NCBI GenBank assembly: GCA_041496385.1
Contig: JBGQEL010000123.1
Span: 1 to 12,546 of the forward strand
Length of the DNA stretch: 12,546 nt
Source of the DNA: Candidatus Methylomirabilia bacterium
Lineage (GTDB): Bacteria; Methylomirabilota; Methylomirabilia; Rokubacteriales; CSP1-6
Reading direction: 5' to 3'
Below are positions 1 to 6,573 of the stretch, one piece after another. The notes beneath the pieces are model-generated. The model was not told the origin of the DNA, searched no databases, and saw only the letters and a program-made list of their open reading frames with translations. The number at the start of each line of letters is the position of its first letter. The stretch's first letter is position 1. A program made the position numbers and the translations under genes.

Positions 1-770
1 CCATCCGCAGCGGAAGATACAGCGGCGGCGCCCGGCGTGGTGGAGCTTGGCGCAGCGCACAGGACGCAGCGCCAGACGCAGGTACAGCTCGGCGGCCAGC
101 AGCATGCCCAGCGGCGGCGCCGTCAGGTACACCCAGAACGAGGTCCAGAGAGAAGCGGGGAGCGCGGAGGCGAAGCTCCGCGCCGGGTTCATGCTCATGC
201 CGGAGATCGGCGCCTCGACCGTGATCCACAGGGCGACGAGCGCCCCCGCGCAGAGCCCCGTGAAGCGCGCGAGCCGCGGCGTGTTGAGACCGTGAGGACG
301 ACCGCCATCAGCGCGAAGGAGATCAGCACCTCGGCGACGAAGGCGGCGCCCGCGCCACGCGCGCCGGGCACCGTCGCCACGTAGCGTATCGCCGGGTCCG
401 CGACCAGCCCGTGCGTGAGCGCGGCGACCAGCAGCACTCCACCCAGACCGCCCGCGGCCTGCGCCAGGCCGTAGAAGGCGGCGTCCCAGCCGGCGACCTT
501 GCCCAGCCGAAGGAACGTGAGCGTCACGGACGGGTTGAAGTGGGCGCCCGAGCGCTGGCCCCAGGGCGAGTAGATCAGGCCGACCGCTGTGAGGCCCATC
601 GCGAGCCCCATGAGGGCGCGCCGGGCGACTCCGTCGCCGAGGGCGCCGGCCACGACCGACGCGGGATGGTAGAGGAGCACCGCGAAGAAGCCGGCCGCCG
701 TCATGAACAGGCCGAGCCCCGCCGCCTCGATCGCATATTCGGGCCAGTGACGCGAGAACGCGCTGTGCAT
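1..770 (-). pseudogene. MIP/aquaporin family channel with a 1-nt frameshift near 285/286 (pseudogene or sequence error); 3' end runs off the window
   Basis: ORF 770-195 has hydrophobic helices and SGAHFNPSVT (first NPA box, as NPS). After ...VLTVS, shifting frame at 286/285 gives NTPRLARFTGLCAGALVALWITVEAPISGMSMNPARSFASAL...WVYLTAPPLGMLLAAELY...CAKLHHAGRRRCIFRCGW. This contains the second NPA box and stays open to position 1. Confidence 0.9.
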
Positions 771-780
771 GTCGTCGATG

Positions 781-808
781 GGACACCACGAACCACGCGG
801 GCGATGCG
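781..808 (-). promoter_or_regulatory. Putative ECF-sigma promoter for the MIP gene, CGCATC-N16-GTGTCC
   Basis: 11/12 identical, with the same spacing, to the motif upstream of bufA1. It ends 10 nt before the MIP ATG (770), which has no clear SD. Confidence 0.5.
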
Positions 809-816
809 CCGTGTCA
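789..816 (+). promoter_or_regulatory. Putative ECF-sigma promoter for the zf-HC2 gene, CGAACC-N16-GTGTCA
   Basis: GAAC-type -35 and GTC-type -10. GTG start lies 7 nt downstream with no SD, consistent with a leaderless mRNA. Confidence 0.55.
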
Positions 817-823
817 CAACAGT

Positions 824-1057
824 GTGAGATGTCGGGACGTCATCGCGATCCTGGACGACTACCTCGAGGGCTCGCTTGCCGGGGCGGACCTCGAACGGCT
901 CGAGGCCCATCTCCGTGAATGCGACGAGTGCCGCGCCTACCTCGACACGTACCGGAGGACCCTGGCCCTCACCCGGACAGCGGCTCGCGTGGAGATGCCC
1001 CGAGAGATGAGGAGGCATCTGCGGGCCCTCCTCATCTCGCGGCTCGGCGTGGGCTAG
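824..1057 (+). CDS. zf-HC2 (ZAS-type anti-sigma zinc-finger) domain protein, 77 aa, soluble
   Basis: MRCRDVIAILDDYLEGSL...LEAHLRECDECRAY: N-terminal Cys, DYLxG, and HxxxCxxC motif. Confidence 0.9.
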   Translation: MRCRDVIAILDDYLEGSLAGADLERLEAHLRECDECRAYLDTYRRTLALTRTAARVEMPREMRRHLRALLISRLGVG

Positions 1058-1404
1058 GCGGCGCGGCGGAGCTCCGGTGCGGGCGTCGCATCCCGCGGCC
1101 GCCCGGTCTTGACGACGAGCTCGTAGTCCTCGGGCACGCGCGGCGCGACCGCCGGCCAGGCCGCCTCGGCGAGATCCTGGTATCCGCTCGGCGCGTCGAG
1201 CACGACGCGTCCAGGACGCAGGAGCCCCGCCGGCGTCACCTGGACGGAGAGCAGCGACTCGCCGCGCAGGCGGCGGTTCACCGCGGCTCGGATCTCGGCG
1301 CCGATCCGCTCGGCGCGGGCCCGCCTCCGGTCGACCCACGCGCGAAGCCCGAGGGGTAGCAGAAACATCGTCCCGATCAGCATGATGGCGAGCAGCGCGT
1401 CCAT
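1054..1404 (-). CDS. Hypothetical single-pass membrane protein, 116 aa
   Basis: Strong SD AAGGAG (1416-1411) before ATG at 1404. N-terminal hydrophobic helix followed by an Arg-rich stretch. It is the 3' part of the 1054..2412 ORF. Its stop overlaps the zf-HC2 stop (CTAG, 1054-1057). Confidence 0.8.
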   Translation of the reverse strand: MDALLAIMLIGTMFLLPLGLRAWVDRRRARAERIGAEIRAAVNRRLRGESLLSVQVTPAGLLRPGRVVLDAPSGYQDLAEAAWPAVAPRVPEDYELVVKTGRPRDATPAPELRRAA

Positions 1405-1425
1405 GGTCTTCTCCTTCGTCTCTTG

Positions 1426-1482
1426 CGATGAGGTGGCGGCCGGACGGGATTCCACGAATCCCTCGCGCCGGCCGCCGCCTCT
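1426..1482. promoter_or_regulatory. Back-to-back putative ECF promoters embedded in a long inverted repeat
   Basis: Plus strand: CGAATC(1455-1460)-N16-GCCTCT. Minus strand: GGAATC(1453-1448)-N16-TCATCG. Dyad GGGATTC-CAC-GAATCCC plus outer 14-nt arms at 1430-1443 and 1468-1481. Confidence 0.45.
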
Positions 1483-1599
1483 AAATGGAAGGAGTAGTGT
1501 GCCTTCCCGCCCGGCGTCCTTCTTCCTCGACGGCCAACGCACCACATCGGCGGGCGCGCGTGTCCCAAGCGCGTACGCGAAAAGGGAGGGAGGGCGCAC

Positions 1600-2406
1600 A
1601 TGGACCACCAGCCATTGAAGGGGCAGCGGGCACTCGTCACGGGCGCGAACTCCGGCATCGGTGAGGGCGTGGCCCGGGCGCTCGCGGCCGCTGGTGCCGC
1701 CGTCGTCGTGAACTTCGTGTCGAAACCGGAGGCGGCGGCAAAGGTCGTCGACGACCTCAAGGGCCACGGTGTCGACGCGCTGGCGATCACCGCCGACGTG
1801 TCCCGCGAGGCCGAGGTCGACGCGCTGTTCGCGCGGGTGGAGCGGGAGTGGGGCGGCGTGGACATCCTGGTGAACAACGCCGGTCTTCAGCGCGACGCGC
1901 CGTTCACGGAGATGACGCTCGAGCAGTGGAACACCGTCCTCGGCGTGAACCTGACCGGCATGTTCCTCTGTGCCCGCGCCGCGGCGCGCTCGATGATCCG
2001 CCGCGGCGTCCGCCCCGCGATCTCGCGCGCGGCGGGCAAGATCATCTGCATCTCCTCGGTCCACGAGGTCATCCCGTGGGCCGGGCACGTCAACTACGCC
2101 GCGTCCAAGGGAGGCGTGGGGATGTTCATGAAGTCGCTGGCCCAGGAGCTGGCGCCGCATCGGATCCGGGTCAACTCGATCGCGCCCGGGGCCATCATGA
2201 CGCCGATCAACCGGGACGCCTGGGACACCCCCGAGGCGCTCGCCCGCCTCCTGAAGCTGATTCCCTGCGGCCGGATCGGCGTGCCCGAGGACATCGGGCG
2301 CGCGGTGGCCTGGCTGGCCTCCGACGACGCCGACTACATCCACGGACAGACGATCTACGTCGACGGCGGCATGACCCTCTACCCCGAATTCGCGCAGGGA
2401 GGCTAG
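1600..2406 (+). CDS. gdh: Glucose 1-dehydrogenase (SDR family)
   Basis: TGANSGIG, NNAG and YAASK motifs. SSVHEVIPW and the C-terminal DGGMTLYPEF resemble Bacillus-type Gdh. SD GGGAGGGAGG upstream. Confidence 0.9.
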   Translation: MDHQPLKGQRALVTGANSGIGEGVARALAAAGAAVVVNFVSKPEAAAKVVDDLKGHGVDALAITADVSREAEVDALFARVEREWGGVDILVNNAGLQRDAPFTEMTLEQWNTVLGVNLTGMFLCARAAARSMIRRGVRPAISRAAGKIICISSVHEVIPWAGHVNYAASKGGVGMFMKSLAQELAPHRIRVNSIAPGAIMTPINRDAWDTPEALARLLKLIPCGRIGVPEDIGRAVAWLASDDADYIHGQTIYVDGGMTLYPEFAQGG

Positions 2407-2410
2407 CGTC

Positions 2411-3976
2411 ATGACGGCGCGCTACGACGTCGCGATCATCGGCACCGGCGCCGGGGGAGGCACGCTCGCCTGGGCGCTCGCGTCCACGGGCAAGCGGATC
2501 CTGCTGCTCGAGCGCGGCGGGTACGTGCGGCGCGAGGCGGACAACTGGAGCACGCGCGCGGTCAACCTCGAGTGGAAGTACAACACCAAGGAAGTGTGGC
2601 GGGACGCGGACGGCAAGGCGCTGCACCCCCACACGAACTACAACGTCGGCGGCAACACCAAATTCTACGGCGCGGCGCTCTTCCGCCTGCGACGCGAGGA
2701 CTTCGGCGAGGTGAAGCACTGGGGCGGGATCTCGCCCGCCTGGCCGATCGCCTACGAGGACCTCGAGCCGTACTACACGCGCGCCGAGCAGCTCTACCAC
2801 GTGCACGGCGAGCGCGGCGTCGACCCCACGGATCCGCCCGCGGGCGCGCCGTATCCGCATCCGCCGGTGACTCACGAGCCGAGGATCCAGCAGCTCGCGG
2901 ACGACTGGGCGCGGCTCGGACGCCGGCCGTTCCACGTGCCGCTGGGCGTGATGCTCGACGAGGCCAATCCGCGGACGAGCCGATGCATCCGCTGCGGGAC
3001 CTGCGATGGCCACCCGTGCCTGGTCTCCGCGAAGTCCGACGCGCAGGTGGTCTGCGTGGATCCCGCGCTCGAGCATCCGAACGTCACGCTCGTGACGGGC
3101 GCGCGCGTGACGCGCCTGGAAACCGGTGCCTCCGGACGCGAGGTGACGCGGATCGTCGTGGAGCGCGAGGACGCCCCGGAGACGTACGCCGCAGACATCG
3201 TCGTCGTGGCCTGCGGGGCGATCAACTCGGCGGCGCTGCTCCTCCGCTCCGCGAACGACCGGCACCCGCGCGGGCTCGCCAACGGTTCGGACGTCGTGGG
3301 CCGCCACTACATGGGCCACGTCAACTCCATCCTGCTGGCCCTCTCGAAGTGTCCGAACCCGACCGTCTTCCAGAAGACGCTCGCCCTGAACGACTTCTAC
3401 TTCGGGTCGGACGCGTGGGAGTACCCGATGGGCCACATCTCGTTCGTGGGGAAGGTGGACGGCGACACGCTGAAGGCGGGCGCGCCGGCGATCGCGCCGG
3501 GCTGGACCCTCGACCTCATGGCGCGCCACTCGCTCGACTTCTGGCTCACGTCCGAGGACCTGCCCGACGCGGACAACCGGGTCACGCTCGACCGGGCGGG
3601 CGACATCGTGCTCGCGTATCGGCCCAACAACGAAGAGGGCCACCGCCGGCTCATCGAGCAACTCAAGGGCTTGATGAGGCAGCAGACCCGGTGCAACATC
3701 CACGGACACGAGTGCCATGAGGGCCTCTTCGCCAGGAACCTCTATCTGGGCCAGCGGATTCCGCTCGCCGGCGTGGCGCATCAGAACGGCACGGTCCGGT
3801 TCGGTCGCGATCCGAAGACCTCTGCGCTGGATGCCGACTGCAAGGCCCACGAGCTGGACAACCTCTACGTGGTGGACGGCAGCTTCTTCCCGTCGAGCGC
3901 CGCGGTGAATCCCGCGCTGACGATCGCGGCCAATGCGTTGCGCGTGGGCGACCATCTGACGGCGCGCCTCCGTTGA
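2411..3976 (+). CDS. GMC family FAD-dependent oxidoreductase, no signal peptide
   Basis: GTGAGG dinucleotide motif, LLLERG, VGGNTKFYGA, GRHYMGH, HQNGT, NLYVVDGSFFPSS and NPALTI. Starts 4 nt after the gdh stop. Confidence 0.93.
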   Translation: MTARYDVAIIGTGAGGGTLAWALASTGKRILLLERGGYVRREADNWSTRAVNLEWKYNTKEVWRDADGKALHPHTNYNVGGNTKFYGAALFRLRREDFGEVKHWGGISPAWPIAYEDLEPYYTRAEQLYHVHGERGVDPTDPPAGAPYPHPPVTHEPRIQQLADDWARLGRRPFHVPLGVMLDEANPRTSRCIRCGTCDGHPCLVSAKSDAQVVCVDPALEHPNVTLVTGARVTRLETGASGREVTRIVVEREDAPETYAADIVVVACGAINSAALLLRSANDRHPRGLANGSDVVGRHYMGHVNSILLALSKCPNPTVFQKTLALNDFYFGSDAWEYPMGHISFVGKVDGDTLKAGAPAIAPGWTLDLMARHSLDFWLTSEDLPDADNRVTLDRAGDIVLAYRPNNEEGHRRLIEQLKGLMRQQTRCNIHGHECHEGLFARNLYLGQRIPLAGVAHQNGTVRFGRDPKTSALDADCKAHELDNLYVVDGSFFPSSAAVNPALTIAANALRVGDHLTARLR

Positions 3977-6114
3977 TGCTCGACTGGGGCCGCGAGGTGA
4001 CGGGTGAGCTCGCCCTGGCCGAACGGCGTGAGTGGCTCTGCGCCAACGGCCTCGGCGGCTTCGCCTCCGGGACCGTGGCCGGGACGCTCACGCGCCGGTA
4101 CCACGGGCTGCTCGTGGCCGCGCTCCAGCCGCCGCTCGGCCGCACGCTCCTCGCCGCCAAGGTCGAGGAGCGCGTCGAGTACGACGGGCTCGCTTCGGCG
4201 CTCGGCGCCAACCGCTGGGCGAGCGGGACGGTGGATCCCCAGGGCTACCGTCACATCGAGCGCTTCGCCCTCGACGGCACCGCGCCGGTCTGGACCTATG
4301 CGGTCGGCGACGCCCTCCTGGAGAAGCGCGTGTGGATGGAGCCGGGCGCGAACACCACCTACGTCCGCTACCGCCTCGTGCGGGCGCGCGGGCCCATGGC
4401 GCTCCAGCTGCGCGTGCTCGTCAACTACCGCGACTACCACGGCACGACGCACGGCGACGGGTGGCTCATGGACGTGGCGCCGGTGCGGCACGGTCTCCGC
4501 GTCCTCGCGTTCGCGGGGGCGCGCCCGCTGCTGCTGCTCGCCGACGGCGCCGAGGCGCGGATCGCCCACACGTGGTACCGCGGCTTCGATCTGCCGCGCG
4601 AGCGCGAGCGCGGGCTCGACGCGACCGAGGATCACCTGCACGCGGGCATGTTCGCCGCGTCGCTGGAGCCGGGCGGGGCGCTCACCCTCGTGCTCTCGGC
4701 CGAGGCCGCGCCGGCGCTCGACGGCGAGGCGGCGTGGCGGCGCCGCGCGCAGCACGACGAGCGGGCCCTGGAGGCCTGGACGCGCGCCCGGCCGGCGTCG
4801 CGTCGCGCGCCCGCGTGGATCCGTCAGCTCGTCCTCGCCGCCGATCAGTTCGTGGTTGTGCGAGCCGCAGGCCGGTCGCCGGCGGAGGCGAGCGGTGAGA
4901 TCGGGGTCGTGCGAGCCGCAGGCCGGCCTCCGGCCGAGGCGAGCGGTGAAATCGGGGTTGTGCGAGCCGCAGGCCGGCCTCCGGCCGAGGCGAGCGGTGA
5001 AATCGCTCGGAATACCCGAGGCCGGGTCGCGAACGATGGTGACGGCATGAGCGTGATCGCGGGGTACCACTGGTTCGGCGACTGGGGCCGGGACACCATG
5101 ATCGCGCTCCCCGGCCTCACCCTGACGACGGGACGCCCCGAGGTCGCGCGGCGGATCCTCATGACATTCGCCCGCTTCGTCGATCGGGGCATGCTGCCGA
5201 ACCGGTTTCCCGACGCGGGCGAGGCGCCCGAGTACAACACCGTCGACGCAACGCTCTGGTACGTCGAGGCCATCCGGGCGTACCACGCGGCGACGGCCGA
5301 CGACGGCGCGCTCAAGGATCTGTGGCCGGTGCTCGAGGAGATCGTGCGCTGGCACCGCGAGGGGACGCGCTACGGCATCAAGGCGGATCCCGCCGACGGT
5401 CTGCTCGCCTCGGGCGAGCCCGGCGTCCAGCTCACGTGGATGGACGCGCGGGTCGGGGACTGGGTCGTGACGCCGCGCACGGGCAAGGCCGTCGAGATCA
5501 ACGCGCTCTGGTACAACGCGCTCGTCGCCATGGCGGCGTTCGCGCGCCGGCTCGACAAGCCGGCCACGACGTGGGACGCGGCCGCGGCGGTCGTGAAGGC
5601 GGGGTTCGAGCGCTTCTGGAACGAGCCCGCCGGCGCCTGCTTCGACGTGATCGACGCGCCCGGGGGGAACGACGCCGCGCTCCGGCCGAACCAGATCCTG
5701 GCCGTGTCGCTGCCGGCGAGCCCGCTCACGCCGGCGCGCCAGCGTCGGGTCGTGGACGCGTGTGCTCGGTCTCTGCTGACGTCCTGCGGCCTCCGGAGCC
5801 TGGCGCCGGACGACCCGCAGTATCAGGGGCGCTACGGCGGCGACCAGCGGCAGCGCGACGGCGCCTACCACCAGGGCACGGCGTGGGCGTGGCTGCTGGG
5901 CCCCTTCGCGCTCGCCCATTTCAAGGTCTATCGCGACGCGGAGACGGCGCGCTCCTTCCTGGCGCCGCTCGCGCATCACCTCGACGACTACGGCGTGGGC
6001 TCCATCGCCGAGGTCTTCGACGGCGATCCACCGCTGCTCCCCGGCGGCTGCATCGCGCAGGCGTGGAGCGTCGCCGAGACGCTGAGGGCCTGGGACGAGC
6101 TGGCGAGCGCCTAG
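3976..6114 (+). CDS. Glycogen debranching enzyme / amylo-alpha-1,6-glucosidase (GDE_N + GDE_C), with a tandem-repeat insertion
   Basis: REWLCANGLGGFASGT, RRYHGLL, IAGYHWFGDWGRDTMI, NTVDATLW, TWMD, GKAVEINALW, YHQGT and QAWS motifs. ATG at 3976 overlaps the GMC stop (TGATG). Confidence 0.92.
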   Translation: MLDWGREVTGELALAERREWLCANGLGGFASGTVAGTLTRRYHGLLVAALQPPLGRTLLAAKVEERVEYDGLASALGANRWASGTVDPQGYRHIERFALDGTAPVWTYAVGDALLEKRVWMEPGANTTYVRYRLVRARGPMALQLRVLVNYRDYHGTTHGDGWLMDVAPVRHGLRVLAFAGARPLLLLADGAEARIAHTWYRGFDLPRERERGLDATEDHLHAGMFAASLEPGGALTLVLSAEAAPALDGEAAWRRRAQHDERALEAWTRARPASRRAPAWIRQLVLAADQFVVVRAAGRSPAEASGEIGVVRAAGRPPAEASGEIGVVRAAGRPPAEASGEIARNTRGRVANDGDGMSVIAGYHWFGDWGRDTMIALPGLTLTTGRPEVARRILMTFARFVDRGMLPNRFPDAGEAPEYNTVDATLWYVEAIRAYHAATADDGALKDLWPVLEEIVRWHREGTRYGIKADPADGLLASGEPGVQLTWMDARVGDWVVTPRTGKAVEINALWYNALVAMAAFARRLDKPATTWDAAAAVVKAGFERFWNEPAGACFDVIDAPGGNDAALRPNQILAVSLPASPLTPARQRRVVDACARSLLTSCGLRSLAPDDPQYQGRYGGDQRQRDGAYHQGTAWAWLLGPFALAHFKVYRDAETARSFLAPLAHHLDDYGVGSIAEVFDGDPPLLPGGCIAQAWSVAETLRAWDELASA
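4855..5007 (+). repeat. Three tandem 51-bp palindromic units, in frame, encoding VVRAAGR(S/P)PAEASGEI(G/A)
   Basis: Units at 4855-4905, 4906-4956 and 4957-5007. Core GCGAGCCGCAGGCCGG-nnn-CCGGC(C/G)GAGGCGAGC. Confidence 0.95.
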
Positions 6115-6131
6115 CGTGCACGCGGGCCGGC

Positions 6132-6159
6132 CGAATCTCGCGCCCGCTCGGCCGTGTCC
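6132..6159 (+). promoter_or_regulatory. Putative ECF-sigma promoter for the bufferin operon, CGAATC-N16-GTGTCC
   Basis: Same bipartite motif and spacing as at 781-816. Lies in the 158-nt gap before bufA1. Confidence 0.55.
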
Positions 6160-6272
6160 TTAGTGTTGATGCCCCGGACCGGGCGCTCGCGGGCTGCGCC
6201 GCGGCGGGGCGGCGGCTAGGCACCGCGACTGGAATCGATCACCCGAGCCCGCCCATACAAAGGAGAAGCGAC

Positions 6273-6548
6273 GTGAAGAAGACCAACCTCATCATCGCCT
6301 CTGCGGTGGCCGCGGCCCTGGCGATCCCCCTCGTGTCGGGCGCCCAGGGCGGCCCCGCCCCGAAGCCGAAGTTCGAGGCCGAGAAGTGCTACGGCATCGC
6401 GAAGGCCGGCAAGAACGACTGCCAGACCGCCAACTCGTCCTGCGCCGGGACTTCGAAGCGCGACGCCCAGGGCGACGCGTGGCTCTACATGCCGTCCGGC
6501 GCCTGCGCGAAGGTGGTCGGCGCCAGCCTCCAGCCCAAGCGGGGCTAG
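6273..6548 (+). CDS. bufA1: BufA1-family (DUF2282) bufferin precursor, exported metal-binding RiPP, 91 aa
   Basis: SD AAGGAG then GTG at 6273. Sec-type signal peptide MKKTNLIIASAVAAALA.... Four-Cys pattern EKCYGIAKAGKNDC-x6-CAG...W...GAC. Not called separately in the ORF track (it is the tail of ORF 5322..6548). Confidence 0.93.
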   Translation: MKKTNLIIASAVAAALAIPLVSGAQGGPAPKPKFEAEKCYGIAKAGKNDCQTANSSCAGTSKRDAQGDAWLYMPSGACAKVVGASLQPKRG

Positions 6549-6573
6549 GCTCAGCGAACGGCAGACGGACGCC

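Noticed and set aside
814..827. TCACA-N4-TGTGA palindrome as a CRP site
   Set aside because: Half-sites are in the opposite order and spacing to CRP (TGTGA-N6-TCACA). It may be another operator, but there is no further support.
1452..1468. CCACGA half-sites at 1452 and 786 as extra activator sites
   Set aside because: The second half-site and spacing do not match, and no sigma54 promoter is visible nearby.
1405..2412. Upstream part of the 452-aa minus-strand ORF 1054..2412
   Set aside because: Antisense shadow of gdh. Only 1404-1054 has an SD and protein-like composition.
4855..5007. CRISPR array interpretation of the 51-bp repeats
   Set aside because: No unique spacers, lies in frame within a CDS, and no cas genes in the window.
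6171..6252. Alternative stems in the bufA1 leader (6187-6192/6223-6228 and 6189-6195/6246-6252) as a riboswitch
   Set aside because: Short GC-rich stems are expected by chance, and I recognise no aptamer consensus.
6231..6258. Second GGAATC upstream of bufA1 as another ECF promoter
   Set aside because: The -10 position reads CCATAC (no TC), and the start site would fall within the SD.
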